Part shown: positions 7,574-15,213 of the stretch, in pieces
How the letters are laid out: every line of letters begins with the position of its first letter
Numbering within the stretch: position 1 is the first letter of the stretch
Origin: Oligoflexales bacterium
Lineage (GTDB): Bacteria > Bdellovibrionota_B > Oligoflexia > Oligoflexales > CAIYRB01
Assembly (NCBI GenBank): GCA_041736175.1
Contig: JBGSUI010000100.1
Coordinates: forward strand, 1-24,566
Reading direction: 5' to 3'
Length of the DNA: 24,566 nucleotides
The notes under the pieces: generated by a model
Seen by the model: only the letters and a program-made list of their open reading frames with translations
What the model was told of the DNA's origin: nothing
Database searches by the model: none
Position numbers and translations under genes: made by a program

Positions 7574-10338
7574 CAAGGTACATAATCCTAGGTCTAAGTT
7601 TGGTATTGCTCATGTGGAGCCAAGCGGGTTTGCCCAAAGGTGGAGTCGAAGAAGGAATCTTTAATAAATTGTTGGCACCTGGACCGCTTATGGAGGGGCA
7701 TAAAGATCTTGAGCATGGGGATTGTTTAAAATGCCACGAGGCAACAAAAGGGGTCCCAAAAGACAATTGTCTTTTATGTCATAAAGAAATCAATCAATCA
7801 GTTAAAGAGCAAAACTCATTTCATGGCAAACATAAGGAAACCTGTATCAAATGCCATTCGGACCATAAGGGCCGCAAACATGATACAACAAATGTAAATA
7901 AAAAAGAATTTAATCATGGGGCAACAAGTTTTATACTCAAAGGAGCACATGCCAATTTAAACTGCGAAAAATGCCATACTGCTAAACGCACAGGCAAGCC
8001 CATTAGGCCCAACGATATAAGATATTTTGGGATGAAAAATGATACATGTATAGGTTGTCATAAAAAAGATGATCCCCATCGATATCCACCACCGCTTGAT
8101 AAAAAAGAATGTAATCTCTGCCATAACGAGAGTAGCTGGAAAAAAGCCACTTTTGACCATAAGGCCCTTACGGGGTACGGGTTAAACGGATCTCATAGTC
8201 GATTGGAATGTAAAGATTGTCACAAACCGCAGGCCAATAAAACCATCCAATATAAGTTTCCAGAACTTAAAACCCAGGGCTGTAAAACCTGTCATGCCGA
8301 TTATCATGGTTTTCGCGAAGAAAAATCTTCAAAAATGGGAGCTCTTGGTAAGTGCCTTGCTTGTCATACGGAAACAAACTGGAAGCACCCCATCAGTTTT
8401 AGCCACCAAACGCAAACTGATTATCCGTTGACTGGCGAACACAAAAAGGTGTCGTGCTTTGAATGTCACATTACTAAATCAGGCTCAAAGGAGAGCAAAG
8501 CAACAAATGTCGCCAGGGTCTATGAATTCCCAACTCTCCAGTCAAAAACCTGTGAAACATGTCACAAAAGCCCCCATCCTAACGATCCAAAATCAGTCTT
8601 TAGAACCAAGCCTTGTTCTTCATGTCATTCAACAGAAGGTTGGAAGAGAGGCGGCTTTGGTGGCTCGGGATTTGACCATAGTGCAACCCGATTTCCCCTC
8701 ACAGGCGACCATGCGACTCTTAAATGCAATCAATGCCATTTAAAAAATGGAAAAGACATTTATAAGTTTCCCAATGCAGAAAAACAATTTTGCATCACTT
8801 GCCATGCAACTCCCCACAAGGGGCAGTTTCAGCCCAAATATGTGGATCAAAGCTGTGCGAGTTGTCACTCAACGATGGATTTTAAGAAACTGCTCAAATT
8901 TGATCATAATACGACTACTTTTAAGTTGACAGGATCACACCTAAAAATCGAAAACCAGTGCCAAAAATGCCATATTCCTACAAAAAAGCTGCTTAATGCT
9001 AAACCACCACGACCCGCCGGGAAATTTATGTTTGCAGGAGAATCAAAGGGGTATTGCGCGGAGTGCCACACCAATGTCCATAAAGGACAGTTTTCAAGCC
9101 GAGTCAATACCTCGGATTGTCGCACCTGTCATACGACCAAAGCTTTTACGGACCTCTTAGCTTTTGATCATAAAAAAACTAGATTTCCCCTCACGGGAGC
9201 TCATGCTAAAGTGGGTGAATGTTCGCAGTGTCATACCAAAACTAATAAAATGCTGGCAACCAAGCCACCGAAACCTGCGGGTCGATTTGTATTTCCCGAT
9301 GCGGAAAACGGATTTTGTAGCAATTGCCATAAAAACGTTCATGTAAAACAGTTTTCCGCTGAATTCTCTCGCCGGCCATGTCGGGAATGCCATGTGACAC
9401 AATCCTTTACAAAAAGACTTCCTTTCAATCATGAAGAGACCTCTTTCAAGATCACCGGCGCCCATGAAAAGATCCAAAATACCTGTGTGAAGTGTCATAT
9501 TAAAACCCAGAATTTCCTGGCAACGGAGCCACCGGTACCAGCGGGATTATACCGATTCGCCCATAAATCCACTGGATACTGTGAAGCCTGCCATAAGAGT
9601 GAGCACCATGACCAGTTTCGAGAAAAGTTTTCCTCCCAACCCTGCAAAAAATGCCATACCCAGACGACCTTTCAAAAGCGGTATGCTTTTGATCACAGCA
9701 AAACCAACTTCGAACTCCATGGAAAACATATTGGTGTGGCCTGTAAAGAGTGCCATAAACCGACGGACAAAAAGTTTAAGACACCTCCGTACCACAAAAA
9801 GGGTCAATTTATTTTTGAGTCCCTTGGGAGTAAAGAATGCGCTCTCTGCCACAAAGATGTCCACAATGGTAAATACGGCAAAAAATGTACCAACTGTCAC
9901 ACAGAAGAGGGATGGGGTCAAGGGTCACAGTTTCACTCCGATCTGCAGCTTTCCGGCGTGCACCTCCTTTTACAATGCTCAGACTGTCATAAAAACCAGA
10001 GAGAGCTTTCAGGAGTGGGGCAAGACTGTAAAACCTGCCATATCAAAGATGATATTCATCGGGGTACCCAGGGGGAGTGCATGAGCTGCCACACCCAACA
10101 TTTTTGGTCAGTGACTAAATTTTCCCATTCGCTGACAGATTTTCCCCTTCGGGGAATCCATAGGCTGCTGCCTTGCAACGATTGTCATGCTGGTGGAGTC
10201 TATGAGGGAAAAAGTGGCGACTGCATATCCTGCCACCAGGATAATGCTTCAAGGGTGACCTTTCCTAATCACAGTTTGCCCGGATTTGAAGTCTGCTCGG
10301 ATTGTCACAACCAATTTATGTTTAAAGGCGCCAAATAA
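7570..10338 (+). CDS. Giant multiheme cytochrome c, 33 CxxCH motifs in 11 triheme modules
   Basis: 922 aa with Sec-type signal peptide and 33 CxxCH counted by hand. Repeating unit is F(D/N/S)H..T.F.L.G.H....CxxCH...CxxCH...H...CxxCH. ATGA overlap with the upstream gene. Confidence 0.95.
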   Translation: MTRYIILGLSLVLLMWSQAGLPKGGVEEGIFNKLLAPGPLMEGHKDLEHGDCLKCHEATKGVPKDNCLLCHKEINQSVKEQNSFHGKHKETCIKCHSDHKGRKHDTTNVNKKEFNHGATSFILKGAHANLNCEKCHTAKRTGKPIRPNDIRYFGMKNDTCIGCHKKDDPHRYPPPLDKKECNLCHNESSWKKATFDHKALTGYGLNGSHSRLECKDCHKPQANKTIQYKFPELKTQGCKTCHADYHGFREEKSSKMGALGKCLACHTETNWKHPISFSHQTQTDYPLTGEHKKVSCFECHITKSGSKESKATNVARVYEFPTLQSKTCETCHKSPHPNDPKSVFRTKPCSSCHSTEGWKRGGFGGSGFDHSATRFPLTGDHATLKCNQCHLKNGKDIYKFPNAEKQFCITCHATPHKGQFQPKYVDQSCASCHSTMDFKKLLKFDHNTTTFKLTGSHLKIENQCQKCHIPTKKLLNAKPPRPAGKFMFAGESKGYCAECHTNVHKGQFSSRVNTSDCRTCHTTKAFTDLLAFDHKKTRFPLTGAHAKVGECSQCHTKTNKMLATKPPKPAGRFVFPDAENGFCSNCHKNVHVKQFSAEFSRRPCRECHVTQSFTKRLPFNHEETSFKITGAHEKIQNTCVKCHIKTQNFLATEPPVPAGLYRFAHKSTGYCEACHKSEHHDQFREKFSSQPCKKCHTQTTFQKRYAFDHSKTNFELHGKHIGVACKECHKPTDKKFKTPPYHKKGQFIFESLGSKECALCHKDVHNGKYGKKCTNCHTEEGWGQGSQFHSDLQLSGVHLLLQCSDCHKNQRELSGVGQDCKTCHIKDDIHRGTQGECMSCHTQHFWSVTKFSHSLTDFPLRGIHRLLPCNDCHAGGVYEGKSGDCISCHQDNASRVTFPNHSLPGFEVCSDCHNQFMFKGAK

Positions 10339-10347
10339 ACCTGAGAG

Positions 10348-11430
10348 TCATGTTTTTTGCACCAGGGGTCTTAGGCTGGGAGCGATCGACTTAAGATTAT
10401 TGAGGGTATCCATGAGCGGATTATAGCCAAGATGATGTTTAGCGGAGTCTATATTCAAGGTTCGATCGGCTGATAGAAGGGCGCACTGGATGACGGAGAG
10501 CCGAGGCACGATGGAGCCTTTTTCTAATCCTTGGCGTTGTTCTGTGGCGGAGGCGAGTTTTTCGGCCGCGAGAGCAGTCCACCGAAACAGGGACCTTGGC
10601 ACTCTTATGGTGCGAAAGGGCAGCTTAAGACAGGTGCAGAGCTGTTCGATAGCCTCCAGGAGATAAAGAGACGATCCATCAGTGATATTGTAAATCTCCA
10701 GTCTAGTGGTCATGTTTTTATCGAGACTCAAAAGGATTGCAGCGACTAGGTTATCCAGAGATGTCATCCCTGTCATGGGTCCACGGGCGGAGGTGCGAGC
10801 CAGTCCAAAGCTTGATGCCTGGGTGATCAGAGGTGGCAAAAAAACCTGTTCTCCAGGTCCATAAACCAGCTGTGGCCTTAGGATGACGGTTTCAAAGGCC
10901 GGGGGAGTGGCCTTTGATTGATTGAGTAAAGCTAGTTCGCACTCCCATTTGGACTGAGCATACGCTCCTAAGATGTTTTGGGGATAAACTTGATCTTCGG
11001 CAATATCTAAATGGTCTTGTAAACTAAAATAAATGCTGGAAGATGAGATATGAACAAATCTGCTGACCTGGAGGCTTTTTGCAGCGTTGATGAGGTTTTT
11101 AAGGGCAACTGGGTTTTGGAGTCTGTAATCTGAAGCTTTGGAGTGGAGATGGACAAGCCCTCCGCAGTGGACCATCTGGATTCGTGGCGGCGTAGGCAAC
11201 TTTAAGAGGGTTTTTGTCGCTTCCTCTACCCAAGTACTATAGGAGTCGGTAACGTCTCCCTTTATAAGAGTCGTATATGGAGATTCATTAAGTTTATTTT
11301 TGTTCAATTGTCTAGTGACGACCAAATGGGGGATTTGTAGGTCTTGCAGTCGCCTTACTAATGCAGATCCAATAAATCCTGTCCCCCCAATGATGATCAA
11401 TAGGGACCTATCAAGATTATTTTCTACCAT
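10348..11430 (-). CDS. NAD-dependent epimerase/dehydratase (extended SDR, 3-beta-HSD/OleD-like)
   Basis: GGTGFIG, HISSSSIY, catalytic YAQSK (YxxxK), ILRPQLVYGPGE. Confidence 0.85.
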   Translation of the reverse strand: MVENNLDRSLLIIIGGTGFIGSALVRRLQDLQIPHLVVTRQLNKNKLNESPYTTLIKGDVTDSYSTWVEEATKTLLKLPTPPRIQMVHCGGLVHLHSKASDYRLQNPVALKNLINAAKSLQVSRFVHISSSSIYFSLQDHLDIAEDQVYPQNILGAYAQSKWECELALLNQSKATPPAFETVILRPQLVYGPGEQVFLPPLITQASSFGLARTSARGPMTGMTSLDNLVAAILLSLDKNMTTRLEIYNITDGSSLYLLEAIEQLCTCLKLPFRTIRVPRSLFRWTALAAEKLASATEQRQGLEKGSIVPRLSVIQCALLSADRTLNIDSAKHHLGYNPLMDTLNNLKSIAPSLRPLVQKT

Positions 11431-11467
11431 AACTGCCTGAATTCTCCGAAAAAGTATACGATGGTCC

Positions 11468-11494
11468 TCAATCTATTCTCCCTCAGGTCGATAA
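11468..11494 (+). promoter_or_regulatory. Sigma28 (FliA)-type promoter
   Basis: TCAA-N15-GTCGATAA versus consensus TAAA-N15-GCCGATAA, 46 nt upstream of the response regulator ATG. Confidence 0.6.
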
Positions 11495-11540
11495 ACTGAG
11501 GGGGCTAGAGAAAAACATAGGGCGAGGAGTTTTGCAATTC

Positions 11541-12467
11541 ATGTCTCATATAGGGGAAAACCTAAAACCATCTCCTAGTATTGGTTGTGTTTTGGTCGTA
11601 GATGATGACCCTGCAACAAGGTCAGTGGTTCGGATTATGATTTCAAAGCTTCCCGTTATGCTATTGGAGGCAGCTGATGGTCAAACAGCTCTTCAATTGA
11701 TTAAAACCCACAGTGTTGACGTGATCGTCTCTGATTTGGTGATGCCCAATATGTCGGGCTTGATGCTCCTTCATGTGCTTATTGAGCGTGGGATTCAAGT
11801 TCCTTTTATCCTCTTGACCGGATTTAGTGACAAAGACTCAGCGATCCAAGCACTAAGGCTTGGAGTTTTTGATTATTTAGAAAAGCCTGTCCATGAAGAT
11901 GACCTAAAATCAGTGGTCGAAGAGGCGTTAAGAGTGAGCCAAGATCAAAAGTTGATCCTAGCGGGCCAAGGTTTGGAGGGCATTATATCGGTTCATAATG
12001 TGGATCCACGAGCGAAATCCATGATACTAAAAATGCGCGTTTTTGGCCCCAAGGAGCGAAAAATAAAAGCAGTTAAAGATGATGACGAAAGTTGGAGCTC
12101 TTTGAGGGATCTTTTTGCAGCAGAGGCATTGCAGCTCCTAAGTGTATCTCAACAAATATTGTCGGATTGGATCGAAAAGAAGCAATCGTTGATCGATCTG
12201 GGGTACATTTTGCGAGTGGTTCAATCGATTCGATTTGCGGCGAATTCCATCAGTCTGGCCCAGGTTGCAGATACTGCGTGGCACCTAGAAGCAGCGATCG
12301 CAGCCATTAAATTAGTTCCCGAACATATCTCGCCTAAAAATGTCAAGATGATTGCCCGGGGGGTCAATCTGCTTTTTGAGCAGATTGGATTATTGATCAA
12401 ATTCGAAGACATTCAGACGATCAAAGACCTCGACCACCTTCAGGTTCGGCTCAATAAGGCCTCTTAA
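11541..12467 (+). CDS. Response regulator: REC domain plus C-terminal degenerate Hpt-like domain
   Basis: VLVVDDD, VSDLVMP, LLTG and LEKP mark the REC domain. C-terminal LFAAEALQLL...ILRVVQSIRFAANSISL...AWHLEAAI follows the Hpt/CheA-P1 pattern. GAGGAG RBS at 11524-11529. Confidence 0.85.
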   Translation: MSHIGENLKPSPSIGCVLVVDDDPATRSVVRIMISKLPVMLLEAADGQTALQLIKTHSVDVIVSDLVMPNMSGLMLLHVLIERGIQVPFILLTGFSDKDSAIQALRLGVFDYLEKPVHEDDLKSVVEEALRVSQDQKLILAGQGLEGIISVHNVDPRAKSMILKMRVFGPKERKIKAVKDDDESWSSLRDLFAAEALQLLSVSQQILSDWIEKKQSLIDLGYILRVVQSIRFAANSISLAQVADTAWHLEAAIAAIKLVPEHISPKNVKMIARGVNLLFEQIGLLIKFEDIQTIKDLDHLQVRLNKAS

Positions 12468-12472
12468 GTGGT

Positions 12473-13426
12473 CTAGTCCTTGAAGAGTTGGTCCAGTTTT
12501 TTCATAACGGTTGTGTCCAGCTTGATGCGAAGGGCTGTCAGATTTTCATAAAGCTGTTCCAACTGGCTGGCACCTAGGATAACACTCGAAACAGCTTGAT
12601 GATTTAGGGCCCATGCGATTGCCAGAGCCGCCCGGCTAACACCTAAGTCGCCTGAGATCGAGGTGAACTGTTTAATCCGCTCAATCCGCTCCTCCTTGTA
12701 AATGCTGTCCCGCAGCCATTCGATCTTATCGAGACGGCTATCTTTTGGAATCCCTTTGTCGTATTTACCTGTCAGCAGCCCCGAAGCCAGGGGACTCCAA
12801 ACGACTGTTCCCATACCGTACTTGAGGCAAGCAGGGGCCACATCAGTTTCATATTTAGTCCGAGTCAAAAGATTGTATTGGGGCTGCTCGACCTGAGGGC
12901 CATAGAAATTTTTATGGGATGAGATCTCCCAGGCGGCAGCAAGTTGTTCACCCGTCCATTCACTGGTTCCCCAATAGTGGACTTTGCCTGCACGGACGAG
13001 GTCATCCATTGCACGCACTGTTTCTTCGACCGGTGTATCCGGATCGAAACGGTGACAAAAATACAAATCCAAGTAATCCGTACCGATCCTTTTAAGAGAT
13101 TTATCCACAGACTCAAAGATATGCTTTCGCGACAACCCTCGGTCGTTGATATCCTCGGACATGGGCCAAAAGACTTTGCTACTAATCACTAACTCGTGGC
13201 GTGGGAAATCCCTCAGGACTTTTCCCATCACTTTTTCTGCTTCCCCTCGACCATAGATATCAGCAATATCGAAAAAATTGATACCCGCTTCAAAAGCAGC
13301 GTATAAAATGGCCCTGACCTGTTTTTCATCGACAATACTTCCACCAAAAGTGGTCCAACCACCCAAGCTTAACGCGCTGACTTTGGTTCCACATCGTCCC
13401 AAACTCCGATAAAGCATCTGCGACAT
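12473..13426 (-). CDS. Aldo/keto reductase (Kv-beta-like subfamily)
   Basis: SALSLGGWTTFG, FFDIADIYG, ISSKVFW, DYLDLYFCHRFD, WGTSEW, WSPLASGLLTGKY. Start placed at ATG 13426 with a GAGG RBS. Confidence 0.9.
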   Translation of the reverse strand: MSQMLYRSLGRCGTKVSALSLGGWTTFGGSIVDEKQVRAILYAAFEAGINFFDIADIYGRGEAEKVMGKVLRDFPRHELVISSKVFWPMSEDINDRGLSRKHIFESVDKSLKRIGTDYLDLYFCHRFDPDTPVEETVRAMDDLVRAGKVHYWGTSEWTGEQLAAAWEISSHKNFYGPQVEQPQYNLLTRTKYETDVAPACLKYGMGTVVWSPLASGLLTGKYDKGIPKDSRLDKIEWLRDSIYKEERIERIKQFTSISGDLGVSRAALAIAWALNHQAVSSVILGASQLEQLYENLTALRIKLDTTVMKKLDQLFKD

Positions 13427-13497
13427 GAGCAGGTTCCTCTCAGTTCTTCGTGAATAGAGTCGTGAAGTCTTTTGAGCTTTGATCGCTCGGTCACAGC

Positions 13498-14517
13498 TCA
13501 ATCTTCGATTTTAAGATCTCTATTGTCCAGGAGTTTCCGATACCGAGTGTTTTTTAGGAGGTATAATCCTAGCCAAGACGTGATCGAACGAGCTAATTCT
13601 TTACGGTAGGTCGCTGTGCGTATGATATCAGCATGCCCCATGCCTTGAATATTCTTTAGGGCTTTGGGAGCACCGGTGGCGGTGGCCTCAAAGCTAGCGA
13701 CAACAGCTGTAGGTACGGCGGTTTGGTCGGCAGTCCCCGTTACAAAGAGTAGAGGAGTTTTGGCCGTCGGGACTCTGGGCTGATAGGGACACAGGGCGAT
13801 CGCAGCACCTGCACGGCCTTTGAGTTGGTCCACGGCGAGCAGCGTCCCAGCTCCACCCATAGAGAACCCCATGATCCCGATTTTAGTGGAATCAACGAGG
13901 CTGTTGATGGGACTGCCAGTACGATCGGATTCCTGTTGGATCTTTTGGAAAGCCCCCGTATGACCGCGGCTCCAAATCGTTGGGTCAGTTGTAAAATTAT
14001 TTGTTGGTGTGAAGGCGATGACAACGATTCCGTGGCTGGCAAGGTGTTCTGCAATCCAAGTCATCTGCTCCTTGGTATTGGAGTAACCACCGGCCAAAGT
14101 CACTGCAGCGGTTTTTTTGTTTTTGGGAAATCCCTTTGGGTAATAAACGACTGCTGAAGCATAGGACCCGTCTTGGAGACCTTGGGTATAGGAAGCGAAT
14201 AGGTAGGAGCCCTTTATGGAGGGATCTTGGGGTTCTTTATCGGAGGCGCCTCCATCATTGCCGTCACCGATGTCTTCGTCACCTTGCTTACCTTGGTCAC
14301 CGGATCTATTTGCCTTGGCATCGTTTCCTGAACCATCAAATGCGCCTGAATCATCGGGGTCAGGACGATCTGGTGAGCCGGATTTTCCGGGAGCGGTGGG
14401 ACTTTCATCAGGGTTCTCGTAGGAAGTCGCCTTCCCATCGCTGCAAGCTAGAGGGCCTGCTAAGCTAAGGACCGCCAATAGTGTGCAAAAACTCGCCAGG
14501 AGGCTCAAATAACGCAT
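13498..14517 (-). CDS. Lipoprotein alpha/beta-hydrolase, cutinase/PET-hydrolase-like
   Basis: Lipobox LAC, a Gly/Asp/Pro-rich linker, then GGYS oxyanion loop, LASHGIVV, GFSMGGAG nucleophile elbow, GTADQTA (Asp) and MGH (His). Confidence 0.8.
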   Translation of the reverse strand: MRYLSLLASFCTLLAVLSLAGPLACSDGKATSYENPDESPTAPGKSGSPDRPDPDDSGAFDGSGNDAKANRSGDQGKQGDEDIGDGNDGGASDKEPQDPSIKGSYLFASYTQGLQDGSYASAVVYYPKGFPKNKKTAAVTLAGGYSNTKEQMTWIAEHLASHGIVVIAFTPTNNFTTDPTIWSRGHTGAFQKIQQESDRTGSPINSLVDSTKIGIMGFSMGGAGTLLAVDQLKGRAGAAIALCPYQPRVPTAKTPLLFVTGTADQTAVPTAVVASFEATATGAPKALKNIQGMGHADIIRTATYRKELARSITSWLGLYLLKNTRYRKLLDNRDLKIED

Positions 14518-14563
14518 CTTTCACAACCTTTGTGCGCGAAACAAAACAATCAACCTAGGAAGG

Positions 14564-14590
14564 ATTTCGGCAAATTTGCAAAAAAACTTA
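14564..14590 (-). promoter_or_regulatory. Sigma28 (FliA)-type promoter
   Basis: TAAG-N15-GCCGAAAT, 46 nt upstream of the hydrolase ATG at 14517. Confidence 0.65.
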
Positions 14591-14657
14591 AGTGAAATTA
14601 TACGCCAGACTCTCGTCGAACATTTTATTGGCTCTCAAAAAGGAGGTCATGGTGGTG

Positions 14658-14673
14658 TGGAGCACTTTTTGCA
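14658..14673 (+). promoter_or_regulatory. Sigma54-type -24/-12 promoter
   Basis: TGGAGCACTTTTTGCA has GG-N10-GC with TTGCA, about 75 nt upstream of ATG 14749. Confidence 0.5.
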
Positions 14674-14748
14674 TCCCCGTAAATGTGCCTAACTTTTAGA
14701 CATAAAAATGTGCTTTATGAAGTCGATTCCGACCTAAGGAGATAGCAT

Positions 14749-15204
14749 ATGAGAGCCCTTTTCCCACTTTTAATAAACCTAGCACTCGTTACAGGTTGTG
14801 GTTCCGAAAGACAGCAAAATTCCACCCTTAATGCCGTTCGGCCAGCTTCAAGCCCGGTCATCGAAGAGTCTCTCCTGAGCGACAAAGAGATTGGTGTGAT
14901 CAGCCTTCAGGCATGGATCGACTTGATGCCAGGAGTTGGTACGATCGGGACTCCTAAAACAAGGCTTCAGGTCAGGTTTCTGGCCAATTCCCATGGTTGT
15001 ACCAACGGTGGCCAGTTTGAGGCCAAACTAATCGAACATGGGGACATGCAAACCCTTGTGATCAAACGCTCCGTTCAAGATACCTGTGGCGAGTCGATGT
15101 TTAGAACCGAGATACATCACGCTGTGGAAGGTCCATTTAAAGCAGGTAAACCAGTTTTTATGAATGGCCAAGAGATTCCTGTTTTTGAAAGCATTATTAA
15201 CTGA
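14749..15204 (+). CDS. Hypothetical lipoprotein
   Basis: AAGGAG RBS, lipobox VTGC, small beta-rich domain with a Cys pair (SHGCT...QDTC). Confidence 0.75.
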   Translation: MRALFPLLINLALVTGCGSERQQNSTLNAVRPASSPVIEESLLSDKEIGVISLQAWIDLMPGVGTIGTPKTRLQVRFLANSHGCTNGGQFEAKLIEHGDMQTLVIKRSVQDTCGESMFRTEIHHAVEGPFKAGKPVFMNGQEIPVFESIIN

Positions 15205-15213
15205 AATAAGTCA

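Noticed and set aside
8899..9900. Periodic DNA similarity as a possible CRISPR or non-coding repeat array
   Set aside because: It is degenerate, in frame and fully explained by the protein's triheme modules.
13448..13466. TCGTGAA direct repeat upstream of the aldo/keto reductase, resembling a half-site of the 21713 palindrome
   Set aside because: Only 7 bp and in direct rather than inverted arrangement. Insufficient evidence of a shared regulator.
14603..14614. CGCCAGACTCTC also present at 23162-23173
   Set aside because: A single 12-mer match is expected by chance in a window this size, and the flanks do not align.
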